From a plasmid, in sequence record CP019900.1: DNA of 64,000 nt; one strand, 5' to 3'. Shown here piece by piece: positions 23,336 through 33,553 of this stretch (position 1 is its first letter; each line of letters starts with the position of its first letter). A model generated the notes under the pieces. It was not told the origin of the DNA. It did no database searches and saw nothing but the letters and a program-made list of their open reading frames with translations. A program made the translations under genes and the position numbers.

Positions 23336-24684
23336 TGGAGCCAATCATGTCAGGAACTGAAGTCAATTTTGATGGGCTGGTAGGCCCGACGCACCACTAT
23401 GCGGGGCTGTCCTTCGGGAATGAAGCGTCCACCAGGTACCGTAATACCGTTGCCAATCCCAGGCTGGCGGCAAAGCAGGGGCTGATGAAAATGAAGGCCC
23501 TTGCCGATATGGGCATGATCCAAGGGGTGATGGCTCCGCATGAACGCCCCCATATTCCTCAGCTGCGCAGGCTGGGATTCAGCGGCAGCGATGAGGCCAT
23601 TTTGCAGCAGGCGATGCGGTATTCGCCTCAGTTGTTATCAGCCCTGTGCTCGGCCTCTTCCATGTGGACGGCGAATGCGGCAACGGTCTCGCCATCAGCG
23701 GACAGCCGGGATGGTCGTGTCCACTTCACGGCGGCGAATCTGAATAACAAGTTCCATCGCTCGATAGAGCCGGAGACGACCTCCGCGCTTCTGCGCGCCA
23801 TGTTCCGAAGCGAGGCCCATTTCGCACATCACGATTCCCTCCCGCAGGTGGCAATGATGGGGGATGAAGGGGCGGCCAACCATAACCGACTTGGTGGAGA
23901 CTATGGTTCGAAAAGCGTTCAGGTCTTCGTATACGGCCAGCATATGCTCGGCTCTGTGCCGGGGCCTTCCCGTTATCCTGCCCGTCAGACACGCGAGGCC
24001 AGCGAAGCAATAGCCCGGCTGCATCAGCTGGATCCGGATTACACCGTGTTTGTGCAGCAAAACCCTGACGTCATCGATCAGGGGGTGTTCCATAACGACG
24101 TGATAGCCGTCAGCAATCAGCAGGTGCTCTTTGTGCACCAGCAGGCTTTTCTGCAGCAGGCGTCGGCGCTGGATGAAATACGTCGCAAAGTCGCGCTGAC
24201 CGGGCGTGAGCTGGTCACGATTGAGGTTCCATCAGACAGCGTTTCGGTCCCGGAGGCGGTGAGCACCTATCTTTTCAACAGCCAGCTGCTGACGCGCCGT
24301 GACGGGGGTATGACGCTGGTTGTGCCTGAAGAATGCCGTCAGAATCCGCGCGTCTGGGCATATCTGTCAGAAATGACGTCAACCACGCCGGTGGACCAGG
24401 TCTGTGTGTTTGATCTGAGGGAGAGTATGCGTAACGGCGGCGGACCCGCGTGCCTGCGTCTGCGCGTGGCGCTGACGGAGCAGGAACTGTCCGCTGTAAA
24501 CCCAGATGTGCTCCTTGATGACGCTCTGTACAGCAGGCTGGACCGCTGGATTGAGCGCCACTATCGCGACCGGCTGACCCAGGAAGATTTGGCCGATCCT
24601 TCACTGCTACGGGAAAGCCGTACGGCTCTGGATGAACTGACCATCATTCTCGGGCTGGGGTCTGTTTATCCGTTCCAGCAATAA
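23335..24684 (+). CDS. astB: N-succinylarginine dihydrolase
   Basis: [24 protein letters not shown]...[18 protein letters not shown]...NLNNKFHRS...ANHNRLGG...[13 protein letters not shown]...[11 protein letters not shown]...[11 protein letters not shown] matches AstB. The true start may be the Met at 23347. Confidence 0.9.
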
Positions 24685-24729
24685 ACGTAACCCCGGCAGG
24701 CCTATCTGTCCGGGTGCAGGAGTACAGCA

Positions 24730-25731
24730 ATGAATTTTTTCCTGGAAGATACTCTCCGGAGCACCATACCTCAGCTTCAGAGAGGAGAGAGGCAAAATCT
24801 GCACTGGCGCTGGCTGGGGGAGGGGATCATGGAGTTGACCCCGACTACGGGATACCGGGAGTCCGTGGTTATTTCGGCGGGGATACACGGAAATGAAACG
24901 GCACCAATTGAGCTGCTGGATCTTATTCTGAGCGATTTGCTCTCCGGAAAGCTGGCACTGCGCGTACGTCTTCTGGTTATCCTGGGTAATCCTCCCGCTA
25001 TGCGTGCTGGTAAGCGATATCTGTCGACGGATATGAACCGTATGTTCAGCGGGCGCCATAAAGATTTTACGCCCAGTTACGAAACAGAGCGCACGCGCAA
25101 ACTGGAAGCCGTGATGACAGCTTTCTGGTCAACAAGCTCATCGGTAAAGGGCGCCTCTCGTTTCCACTACGATTTACACACGGCGATTAAAGGCTCCCAT
25201 CTGCCGCGCTTCGGTTTGCTTCCCTTCCAGAACCGCCCATATCACCGTGAACTGTTAAAACGACTTGAAGCAGCCGATCTGGATGCTCTGGTAATGCACC
25301 AGGAGACCGGAAATACCTTCAGTCACTTTAGCAGTGAGCAGTTTCTGGCAGAGAGTTGCACGCTGGAGTTGGGCAAAGCGAATCCTTTTGGTGAAAACAA
25401 GCTATCGGATTTCAGGGCAATAGACCGTGTGCTTCGGGCCCACCTTGGTGGCCTGCCGTTTCCGCACAGAAGTTTGCCACCGGTACGCCTCTTCCGGGTG
25501 GATCGTACGCTTGTCAAACATGCCGATGACTTTGAGCTGGGGGTGCCTTCAGAGACGCTTAATTTCACTCAATTTGAAAAAGGTGCAGTCCTGTGCCGGG
25601 AAAATGGTTCTGAACAGCGCGTTGAAAACGATCAGGAGTGGATGCTCTTTCCAAACCCCGGTGTTCAGACCGGTATGCGGGCGGGGCTGATGCTGACGGA
25701 ACTTAACCGATGGGTTCATTCTTCGCCCTAA
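24730..25731 (+). CDS. astE: succinylglutamate desuccinylase
   Basis: WRWLGEGIMELTP...ISAGIHGNETAPIE...LLVILGNPPAMRAGKRY...DMNRMF...HYDLHTAI...CTLELGKA...LMLFPNP matches AstE. Confidence 0.9.
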   Translation: MNFFLEDTLRSTIPQLQRGERQNLHWRWLGEGIMELTPTTGYRESVVISAGIHGNETAPIELLDLILSDLLSGKLALRVRLLVILGNPPAMRAGKRYLSTDMNRMFSGRHKDFTPSYETERTRKLEAVMTAFWSTSSSVKGASRFHYDLHTAIKGSHLPRFGLLPFQNRPYHRELLKRLEAADLDALVMHQETGNTFSHFSSEQFLAESCTLELGKANPFGENKLSDFRAIDRVLRAHLGGLPFPHRSLPPVRLFRVDRTLVKHADDFELGVPSETLNFTQFEKGAVLCRENGSEQRVENDQEWMLFPNPGVQTGMRAGLMLTELNRWVHSSP

Positions 25732-25772
25732 AGACCGCATTTCATGAATATTCGATTTACCGGGGAAAACCT

Positions 25773-26546
25773 ATGTCAGAAACAAAATTAGTTGTAACCG
25801 AACTGCACAAGAAATATGGCGAACATGAAGTTCTCAAAGGGGTATCCCTCACGGCCAGTTCAGGTGATGTGATATCAATCATCGGGTCATCCGGTTCGGG
25901 TAAAAGCACGTTTTTACGCTGTATCAATTTCCTTGAAAAACCCAGTGAGGGAACGATTCGAATTGGCAATACAGATGTTGGTCTGGTTCGAGACAAAGAT
26001 GGCGAACTTCGGGTCTTTGATAAAAATCAGCTGCAATTGTTAAGAACGCGCCTTGCCATGGTATTCCAGGGCTTCAATTTATGGAGCCACATGACGGTAC
26101 TGGAAAACGTCATGGAATGCCCTGTGCACGTTTTAGGCGTCAGTAAGGAAGAGGCCCGTAATAAGGCCGTAGCCTATCTGAATAAGGTCAATATCAGCGA
26201 GCAGGCTTTCAACCGACATCCATCTCAGTTATCTGGTGGACAGCAGCAACGCGTGTCCATTGCCCGTGCGCTGGCGATGGAGCCTGAAGTTATTCTGTTT
26301 GATGAACCTACGTCAGCACTGGATCCGGAGCTGGTAGGCGAGGTGCTTAAAATCATGCAGCAGCTTGCTGAAGAAGGGAAGACGATGATAGTGGTAACTC
26401 ACGAAATGGAGTTTGCACGCCATGTGTCGAACAAGGTGGTGTTTCTGCATCAGGGCAAAATTGAAGAGCAGGGCTCTCCACAAGAGTTATTTGATAATCC
26501 TAAGAGTCTGCGTCTTCAGCAGTTTTTATCAGGTTCACTGAAATAA
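25773..26546 (+). CDS. polar amino acid ABC transporter ATP-binding protein (HisP/OccP-like)
   Basis: Near-collinear with HisP (SIIGSSGSGKSTFLRCINFLEKPSEG...LSGGQQQRVSIARALAMEP...LFDEPTSALDPELVGEVL...VVTHEMEFARHVS). The start was set at the Met with a GGGGAAAAC ribosome-binding site. The listed ORF from 25710 is an upstream extension. Confidence 0.9.
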   Translation: MSETKLVVTELHKKYGEHEVLKGVSLTASSGDVISIIGSSGSGKSTFLRCINFLEKPSEGTIRIGNTDVGLVRDKDGELRVFDKNQLQLLRTRLAMVFQGFNLWSHMTVLENVMECPVHVLGVSKEEARNKAVAYLNKVNISEQAFNRHPSQLSGGQQQRVSIARALAMEPEVILFDEPTSALDPELVGEVLKIMQQLAEEGKTMIVVTHEMEFARHVSNKVVFLHQGKIEEQGSPQELFDNPKSLRLQQFLSGSLK

Positions 26547-26574
26547 ACCATTAATCAGTTTATCAGGAATAAAA

Positions 26575-26931
26575 ATGAGTAACGATATTCAAAGAATACA
26601 GAGTAATGAGCGTCTCAGTCGGGTTGTAGTCCACAACGGTATCGCCTATTTGTCAGGTGTGACAGCAAACGATACGACAACCGGCGTAATGGCGCAGACT
26701 TCGGATGTGTTGGGCAAGATTGATGCCTATCTCGAATTGGCTGGAACCGACAAATCCCGTCTTTTGTCCGTACAAATTTGGCTGAGGGATATCGACAGAG
26801 ATTTTGATGATATGAACAAAGCCTGGGCTCAATGGATACCAGAAGGGTCTGCACCTGCCAGAGCAACGGGTGAGGGCCGGCTGGCAGGTGCGGATATTTT
26901 GGTTGAAATGATTGTTACTGCTGCAATCTAA
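26575..26931 (+). CDS. RidA/YjgF-family enamine-imine deaminase-like protein
   Basis: 118 aa, ...VVVHNGIAYLSGV...LSVQIWLRDI...DFDDMNKAW...PARATGEGRLAGADILVEMIV, the RidA fold pattern. Confidence 0.75.
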   Translation: MSNDIQRIQSNERLSRVVVHNGIAYLSGVTANDTTTGVMAQTSDVLGKIDAYLELAGTDKSRLLSVQIWLRDIDRDFDDMNKAWAQWIPEGSAPARATGEGRLAGADILVEMIVTAAI

Positions 26932-27202
26932 TTCGTAAAAATAAATATTTTTTTAACCCTCGGCTGGAGATCCCGGCCGATAATGATTCTGAACCGAAAA
27001 TCCTTCTTCATTCAGTATCAGAGCCCCGGGCTTTATACATACTCCCCTATACGTTGACTAAGTTCTGATAACCACTATTAAAAAAATTTTCTGGGTTACT
27101 TTAGCTACTTTCCTCTCACTGTCTTTCATATCTAATTAAGTGATGACATAAAAGTATACCCTAATGTCACAACATGAATTTAACCTGTTTAGGGGGCTGA
27201 GG

Positions 27203-28259
27203 GGCTTTGTTGAATAAATCGAACTTTTGCTGAGTTGAAGGATCAGATCACGCATCTTCCCGACAACGCAGACCGTTCCGTGGCAAAGCAAAAGTTCAAA
27301 ATCACCAACTGGCCCACCTACAATAAAGCCCTCATCAACCGTGGCTCCATAACTTTCTGGCTGGATGATGAAGCTATTCAGGCCTGGTATGAGTCAGCAA
27401 CACCTTCTTCACGAGGCAGACCTCAGCGCTATTCTGACCTTGCCATCACGACTGTGCTGGTCATTAAACGCGTATTCAGGCTGACCCTGCGCGCTGCGCA
27501 GGGCTTTATTGATTCCATTTTTTCTCTGATGAACGTTCCGCTACGTTGCCCGGATTACAGCTGTGTCAGCAGGCGGGCAAAGTCGGTTAACGTCAGTTTC
27601 AAAACGTTCACCCGGGGTGAAATCGCGCATCTGGTGATTGATTCCACCGGGCTGAAGGTCTTTGGTGAAGGCGAGTGGAAAGTCAAAAAGCATGGCCAGG
27701 AACGCCGTCGTATATGGCGAAAGTTGCATCTGGCAGTTGACAGCAACACACATGAAATCATCTGTGCAGACCTGTCGCTGAACAATGTGACGGACTCAGA
27801 AGCCTTCCCGGGTCTTATCCGGCAGACTCACAGAAAAATCAGGGCAGCATCGGCAGACGGCGCTTACGACACCCGGCTCTGTCACGATGAACTGCGGCGT
27901 AAGAAAATCAGCGCGCTTATCCCTCCCCGAAAAGGTGCGGGTTACTGGCCCGGTGAATATGCAGACCGTAACCGTGCAGTGGCTAATCAGCGAATGACCG
28001 GGAGTAATGCGCGGTGGAAATGGACAACAGATTACAACCGTCGCTCGATAGCGGAAACGGCGATGTACCGGGTAAAACAGCTGTTCGGGGGTTCACTGAC
28101 GCTGCGTGACTACGATGGTCAGGTTGCGGAGGCTATGGCCCTGGTACGAGCGCTGAACAAAATGACGAAAGCAGGTATGCCTGAAAGCGTGCGTATTGCC
28201 TGAAAACACAACCCGCTACGGGGGAGACTTACCCGAAATCTGATTTATTCAACAAAGCC
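27203..28259 (+). mobile_element. IS903-like element, complete (1057 bp), flanked by 9-bp direct repeats GGGCTGAGG (27194..27202 and 28260..28268)
   Basis: Terminal inverted repeats GGCTTTGTTGAATAAATCG at both ends. The 9-bp target duplication is typical of IS903. It is inserted in a Tn3-family 38-bp inverted repeat. Confidence 0.92.
27235..28203 (+). CDS. IS903-family transposase
   Basis: Full-length Tnp (MKDQITHLPDNADRSVAKQKFKITNWPTYNK...). Confidence 0.92.
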   Translation: MKDQITHLPDNADRSVAKQKFKITNWPTYNKALINRGSITFWLDDEAIQAWYESATPSSRGRPQRYSDLAITTVLVIKRVFRLTLRAAQGFIDSIFSLMNVPLRCPDYSCVSRRAKSVNVSFKTFTRGEIAHLVIDSTGLKVFGEGEWKVKKHGQERRRIWRKLHLAVDSNTHEIICADLSLNNVTDSEAFPGLIRQTHRKIRAASADGAYDTRLCHDELRRKKISALIPPRKGAGYWPGEYADRNRAVANQRMTGSNARWKWTTDYNRRSIAETAMYRVKQLFGGSLTLRDYDGQVAEAMALVRALNKMTKAGMPESVRIA

Positions 28260-28268
28260 GGGCTGAGG

Positions 28269-28295
28269 GCCAATGGAGAGAAAACGTACGCCAAC
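28269..28295 (+). repeat. Tn3-family terminal inverted repeat, 38 bp, split by IS903 (first 11 bp at 27192..27202); the inner end points rightwards
   Basis: Reconstructed GGGGGCTGAGGGCCAATGGAGAGAAAACGTACGCCAAC matches 32/38 positions of the inverted repeat at 35995..36032. Confidence 0.65.
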
Positions 28296-28495
28296 AATGT
28301 AATTCATTATTAATATTTATATTTATTTCCCCGCTCTCACCTTACAAGTGCTGCTTCCTTTTTTATTTTCCTCTTCCCAGCGTTTACGCACCCAAGTTGT
28401 CTTTCATTTGCAATATTTACGAAATTTTTCAGTAACAATCGAGAGTTAAAAATTAATTTCGGATTAAAATTATTAAAAGGATTTGGTTTAATTGT

Positions 28496-29386
28496 ATGCG
28501 GACAGGTGAAATTTCTATTCAGAGAATACCGGTGTCTTACTCACTTGAACACACCATGTCACACAGCCTTGAACGATATGTAGAACAAAAACTTACTACC
28601 GATTTACTGGAACATGTTGCAGCTAATCGCATTCCTATCGTAGTTGAAAACCATGAAGGCAGTGGCTTTTTTCCAAATCAGATTGATTTTTGTTACCGGC
28701 AAACATCCAGGGTGGTTAACAGTTTCAGACCCACCTGGCATACTCATGTTGACGCTGATCAACAGGAATCCGTCATACTTCGTATTCCTTCAGGTTATGA
28801 CTATATTCGTCATTTTTCATCACTTGTATTGCATTACCTTAAAGCCCGAATATCGAGTCCGCAGGAGCTTATTACTATTAAGTATGAACAGCTTAACGAT
28901 CGCCGTTATCCAGCCATGACCGGCCTTAATACTCTCGACATTGTACCGGGTAGCCAGATTATTATTGGCTGTTGTGACTTGCTGATTTCTGAAATGGCTG
29001 ACCAAATCCTTTCATTTGAGGAAAACGATTTTTATACCTGCTGGAAAGCCAAGGATAACGTGGTATTTCTCGGCTGTAAGTTCAGCTTCTGGGGTAGGCT
29101 TTCCGGCAGCATCGTCCGTTTTATCTGTGAGCATTTTCAGCCAGCTGAAATCATCTACTTCGGCAAACTAGGGACACTGACTGCGCCTTCCGACATCTAC
29201 GAGAAAATTTTCACACCTTCGCAGTTCCTGATGTACAACTGCCTGACAAAACTCGGGCCGACCATCACGTTGAATAACAGTATGGCACAGTTCAATGACA
29301 ACGGTCTGGTTGGTGTTCATGCGTCAGTTCCTACGATCATGGAAGAAACATTTATGCAGCGTCTAAGCGCAGGAAGCGGTGACTGA
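28496..29386 (+). CDS. hypothetical protein in a low-GC segment; its 3' end runs through the end of the IncFII tap leader peptide (…SAGSGD) and overlaps the repA1 start
   Basis: 296-aa ORF with AT-rich codon usage and an AT-rich upstream tract (28300..28495). The terminal ...RLSAGSGD* and the overlapping GTGACTGATCTC (M)TDL are the hallmark tap/repA1 coupling junction of IncFII replicons. No family recognised. Confidence 0.55.
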   Translation: MRTGEISIQRIPVSYSLEHTMSHSLERYVEQKLTTDLLEHVAANRIPIVVENHEGSGFFPNQIDFCYRQTSRVVNSFRPTWHTHVDADQQESVILRIPSGYDYIRHFSSLVLHYLKARISSPQELITIKYEQLNDRRYPAMTGLNTLDIVPGSQIIIGCCDLLISEMADQILSFEENDFYTCWKAKDNVVFLGCKFSFWGRLSGSIVRFICEHFQPAEIIYFGKLGTLTAPSDIYEKIFTPSQFLMYNCLTKLGPTITLNNSMAQFNDNGLVGVHASVPTIMEETFMQRLSAGSGD

Positions 29387-30105
29387 TCTCCTTCAAAACC
29401 ACTATTCACAGGTTAAGAACCCGAATCCGGTATTCACGCCACGTGAAGGGAAAAAGACCCTGCCGTTATGCCGTAAGCTGATGGCGAAAGCCGAAGGTTT
29501 CACATCCCGTTCGCGTGCAGCGCTCGATTACCAATATGGCCATCGAGTGTCACCAGGCCACCGAGTCCAGAAGCGGCAACCTGTCGATCACCCGCGCCAC
29601 TCGGGCGCTGAAGTTTCTGACCGAGCTGGGGCTGATCACCTATCAGACGGAATATGACCCGCAAATCGGCTGTAACATCCCGACCGATATCACGTTCACC
29701 CCGGCCCTGTTTTCCGCGCTCGACGTTTCTGAGGTTGCTGTGGTGGCCGCGCGCCGCAGCCGTGTGGAGTGGGAAAATCAGCAGCGCAAAAAGCAGAAAC
29801 TGAAACCGCTGGAGATGGACGAAATGATCGCAAAAGCGTGGCGGTTCGTGCGTGAGCGTTTTCGCAGCTACCAGTCTGAACGCAAAAGTCATGGCCGGAA
29901 GCGGGCTACCGCCAGGCGGGATGCTTCACGGCAGCGTAAGGATATCGAGACGCGCGTGCGTCAGCAACTGACCCGGGAGTACGCCACCGGCCGCTTCAGT
30001 GGCGATCATGAAGCGCTCAAGCGTGAGGTTGAGCGTCGTGTGCAGGAGCGCATGCTGATGTCGCGCGGGAACAACTACACGCGACTGGCGACTGTCCCCA
30101 TATAA
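29379..30105 (+). pseudogene. repA1: IncFII-type replication initiator with an internal out-of-frame deletion
   Basis: N-terminal [27 protein letters not shown]...GFTSRS matches the recalled R100/R1 RepA1 N-terminus and then diverges. The second ORF ([48 protein letters not shown]...RGNNYTRLATVPI) matches the RepA1 C-terminal two thirds. About 45 codons in between are missing and the frame shifts. Confidence 0.8.
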
Positions 30106-30600
30106 CGTCCCTTCCTTTGAAAATCCGACCGGCGCCGGAGGCTTTCGCTCGCCTGTTACCTGCCATTGCTGATCTTATGAGCAATGAGGTCTCCCCACTT
30201 ATCAGAATCGTCGTCTTCCTGGCGCCATACTGGCCAGAAATGTTATCGCCGGCGTCACTTCTAACGGCCGGTTTTTGTTATTCACAAATAACTGCAAGGG
30301 AGTATTTCATATGGCGCTAACCGATGATTTTGCAAAGCGCCAGCCGTCGGACTTTCAGGGCGCGTGGTTCCTTTTAAACATCAGCTCTGTATCTCTTTTA
30401 AAGATCCTTTAATAAATCCTGTAAACACATAACCTGTTCATCGCCTGCCCAGTGGACAGGCTCCGGGGAATGCCCGCCCTTGCAGCGACCTGACGGTCGC
30501 GCCGGTTCGGTAACATCAGAGAAAGCTCCCATCGCTTCGCGACGGGCCCCGACCGGAGAACTGCATTAGTTACAGCATTCAAAAGGAAATCCATCATAAA
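30106..30600 (+). other. probable IncFII oriR-like non-coding region downstream of repA1
   Basis: Position relative to repA1; contains a near-consensus DnaA-box-like TTATTCACA and AT-rich stretches. Not verified. Confidence 0.35.
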
Positions 30601-31487
30601 ACCGGCGCCGGTTTGCCGGCCAGGAGCCCCTCCCCACCACTGAAAAGCGCCGCCGCCCCCGGCCGAAGGCCGGGGAACAACATCGCTTTTAATGATGAGT
30701 GTTGTAACTACTCTTCTTCATCGCTGTGGGTGGAGCTGCGGTCAGTTGTCTGGTACACGCTCGTAAGCGGCCCTGCGGCCCTGCGGCCCTGCGGCCCGCT
30801 AACGCGGAGATACGCCCCGACTGCGGCCTCGCCTTGCCGGGTCAACTCCGACCGCGTACAGCGGCGTCTGAGATGTTTTCGCGGGTATGGCTTTGCAGCT
30901 ACCATGTTAAGTTCCCTGGTGTCGCTGAGATTTTTTATGAACATCCCCCTAAGCGTCAGCAGCAAGCTGCCGCCGCTAAGGCCCCGGAAATCACGCCCTT
31001 TACGTCGTAAACGCCGTAAAGCCCGCTCACCGGGGTTAAAAGGGATTACATTAACTTCTTCATTGCTGTTAGCGGGTTAAAGCTAATCAGGGCAGGGGGA
31101 GGATGGCAGAATTTATAGCCCGGTAACCGGCTACGCCGGGCTTTCGGCGCCATTTGACTCCACAGACACATGTAACCTCATCTGGCGCCTCCATGCCGCT
31201 GACGCGGCATCCAGAAGCTTCCCGATGCTGTAAATCTTAACGTCTGCTTTGTTCAAAAAGTAATTCGTGCCTAATATACGTTCATTAACGTATGTCCCAG
31301 CTTTGATACAAATAAATGCACCAGGAAGCGGCAGGCTGAGTAACCAAGAACCCCTTAGAATATAGGATGATTTGTATCGGCACTCATTACACCATGCTTT
31401 CCGATTAACGCCGCATAGCAAGTTGAACTTTGCTACTCTGTGAAAGGTAGTGTCTTCTATCCAGTGCGGATTTAATTAATGGAATAA

Positions 31488-33491
31488 ATGATTATGAGTG
31501 AAAATGATACAATCCCGAAGAAGTCTACAAGCCAGATTAACAAAGCGGTATTTTTTACATCTGCTTTGCTGATTTTCCTTCTTGTTGCCTTTGCCGCCGT
31601 ATTCCCGGATGTCGCCGACAAAAATTTTAAACTACTTCAGCAACAAATCTTCACGAATGCCAGCTGGTTCTACATCCTTGCTGTGGCCCTGATTTTACTG
31701 AGTGTCACGTTCCTGGGACTCTCACGCTACGGTGATATCAAGCTGGGCCCGGACCATGCGCAGCCTGATTTCAGCTACCACTCCTGGTTTGCGATGCTTT
31801 TTTCGGCAGGGATGGGGATCGGACTGATGTTCTTTGGCGTTGCCGAACCTGTAATGCATTATCTTTCGCCTCCCGTCGGCACCCCGGAGACCGTTGCGGC
31901 AGCGAAGGAAGCAATGCGTCTGACCTTCTTCCACTGGGGACTGCACGCATGGGCAATTTATGCCATTGTGGCGCTGATTCTGGCGTTCTTCAGTTACCGT
32001 CACGGTCTGCCGTTAACCCTGCGCTCCGCACTCTATCCCATTATCGGCGATCGCATATACGGGCCTGTAGGTCATGCGGTTGATATTTTCGCTGTTATCG
32101 GCACGGTCTTTGGCGTTGCGACCTCGCTGGGTTATGGTGTTTTGCAGGTGAATGCCGGTTTGAACCATCTTTTCGGGGTGCCCATCAATGAAACGGTGCA
32201 GGTTATTCTGATCGTGGTCATCACGGGGTTAGCGACGATTTCAGTGGTGTCCGGCCTGGATAAGGGAATACGTATCCTGTCTGAGCTCAATCTGGGTCTG
32301 GCGTTGTTGCTCCTGGCGCTGGTCCTGTGTCTGGGACCAACCGTGCTTCTGCTGAAGTCATTTGTGGAAAATACGGGCGGTTATCTTTCGGAACTGGTGA
32401 GTAAAACGTTCAACCTTTACGCGTATGAGCCTAAGTCGAGCAACTGGCTGGGGGGCTGGACATTACTGTACTGGGGATGGTGGCTTTCATGGTCGCCGTT
32501 TGTGGGGATGTTCATCGCACGGGTCTCCCGCGGGCGAACCATTCGCGAGTTTGTCACCGGCGTGCTGTTTGTTCCCGCGGGTTTTACGCTCATGTGGATG
32601 ACGGTGTTTGGTAACAGCGCGATCTATCTCATTATGAACCAGGGGGCCACAGACCTCGCCAGTACCGTTCAGCAGGATGTGGCGCTGGCCCTGTTTAATT
32701 TCCTGGAGCATTTCCCGTTCTCTTCCGTGCTGTCATTCATCGCAATGGCGATGGTCATCGTCTTCTTTGTCACGTCTGCTGATTCAGGGGCAATGGTTGT
32801 TGATTCTCTGGCATCAGGTGGAGTGGCAAACACACCCGTCTGGCAGCGAATATTTTGGGCCTCGCTCATGGGCATTGTCGCAATTGCGCTTCTCCTTGCC
32901 GGAGGGCTAAGTGCGCTGCAAACAGTGACAATAGCGAGTGCATTGCCATTCTCAGTGATCTTACTGATATCTATATACGGACTTTTAAAAGCTTTGCGCC
33001 GGGATTTGACCAAGCGTGAAAGCCTGAGCATGGCGACAATTGCTCCTACGGCTGCACGTAACCCAATTCCCTGGCAGAGAAGGTTACGCAATATCGCGTA
33101 TCTGCCGAAGCGATCTCTTGTGAAACGTTTTATGGACGACGTCATCCACCCCGCCATGACGCTGGTTCAGGAAGAGCTGAACAAGCAGGGGACGATAAGC
33201 CACATCAGTGACGCAGTCGACGATCGTATTCGTCTTGAAGTCGATTTGGGTAACGAGCTGAATTTTATATATGAAGTGAGGCTTCGCGGGTATAGCTCAC
33301 CGACCTTCGCGCTCGCCGCGATGGATAATAATGAGCAGCAGACTGAACAACATAGATATTATCGCGCTGAGGTATATCTCAAAGAAGGCGGTCAAAATTA
33401 TGATGTGATGGGCTGGAACCAGGAGCAGCTGATTAATGACATACTGGACCAGTACGAAAAACATCTGCACTTCCTGCACCTGGTTCGTTAA
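31488..33491 (+). CDS. BCCT-family transporter (betaine/carnitine/choline type) with long C-terminal cytoplasmic extension
   Basis: 12-TM core with BCCT signature region (WTLLYWGWWLSWSPFVGMFIARVSRGRTIREF). 667 aa, like BetT-type members. Confidence 0.9.
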   Translation: MIMSENDTIPKKSTSQINKAVFFTSALLIFLLVAFAAVFPDVADKNFKLLQQQIFTNASWFYILAVALILLSVTFLGLSRYGDIKLGPDHAQPDFSYHSWFAMLFSAGMGIGLMFFGVAEPVMHYLSPPVGTPETVAAAKEAMRLTFFHWGLHAWAIYAIVALILAFFSYRHGLPLTLRSALYPIIGDRIYGPVGHAVDIFAVIGTVFGVATSLGYGVLQVNAGLNHLFGVPINETVQVILIVVITGLATISVVSGLDKGIRILSELNLGLALLLLALVLCLGPTVLLLKSFVENTGGYLSELVSKTFNLYAYEPKSSNWLGGWTLLYWGWWLSWSPFVGMFIARVSRGRTIREFVTGVLFVPAGFTLMWMTVFGNSAIYLIMNQGATDLASTVQQDVALALFNFLEHFPFSSVLSFIAMAMVIVFFVTSADSGAMVVDSLASGGVANTPVWQRIFWASLMGIVAIALLLAGGLSALQTVTIASALPFSVILLISIYGLLKALRRDLTKRESLSMATIAPTAARNPIPWQRRLRNIAYLPKRSLVKRFMDDVIHPAMTLVQEELNKQGTISHISDAVDDRIRLEVDLGNELNFIYEVRLRGYSSPTFALAAMDNNEQQTEQHRYYRAEVYLKEGGQNYDVMGWNQEQLINDILDQYEKHLHFLHLVR

Positions 33492-33553
33492 CAGCAACAT
33501 GCCGTCCTGGGGGCGGCAATTATTTATCCCGGCCGCAATATGAGGAATGCAGA

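Noticed and set aside
25710-25772. 21-aa N-terminal extension on the HisP-like ATPase ORF
   Set aside because: It overlaps astE's 3' end. HisP homologs start at MSETKL, which has a good ribosome-binding site.
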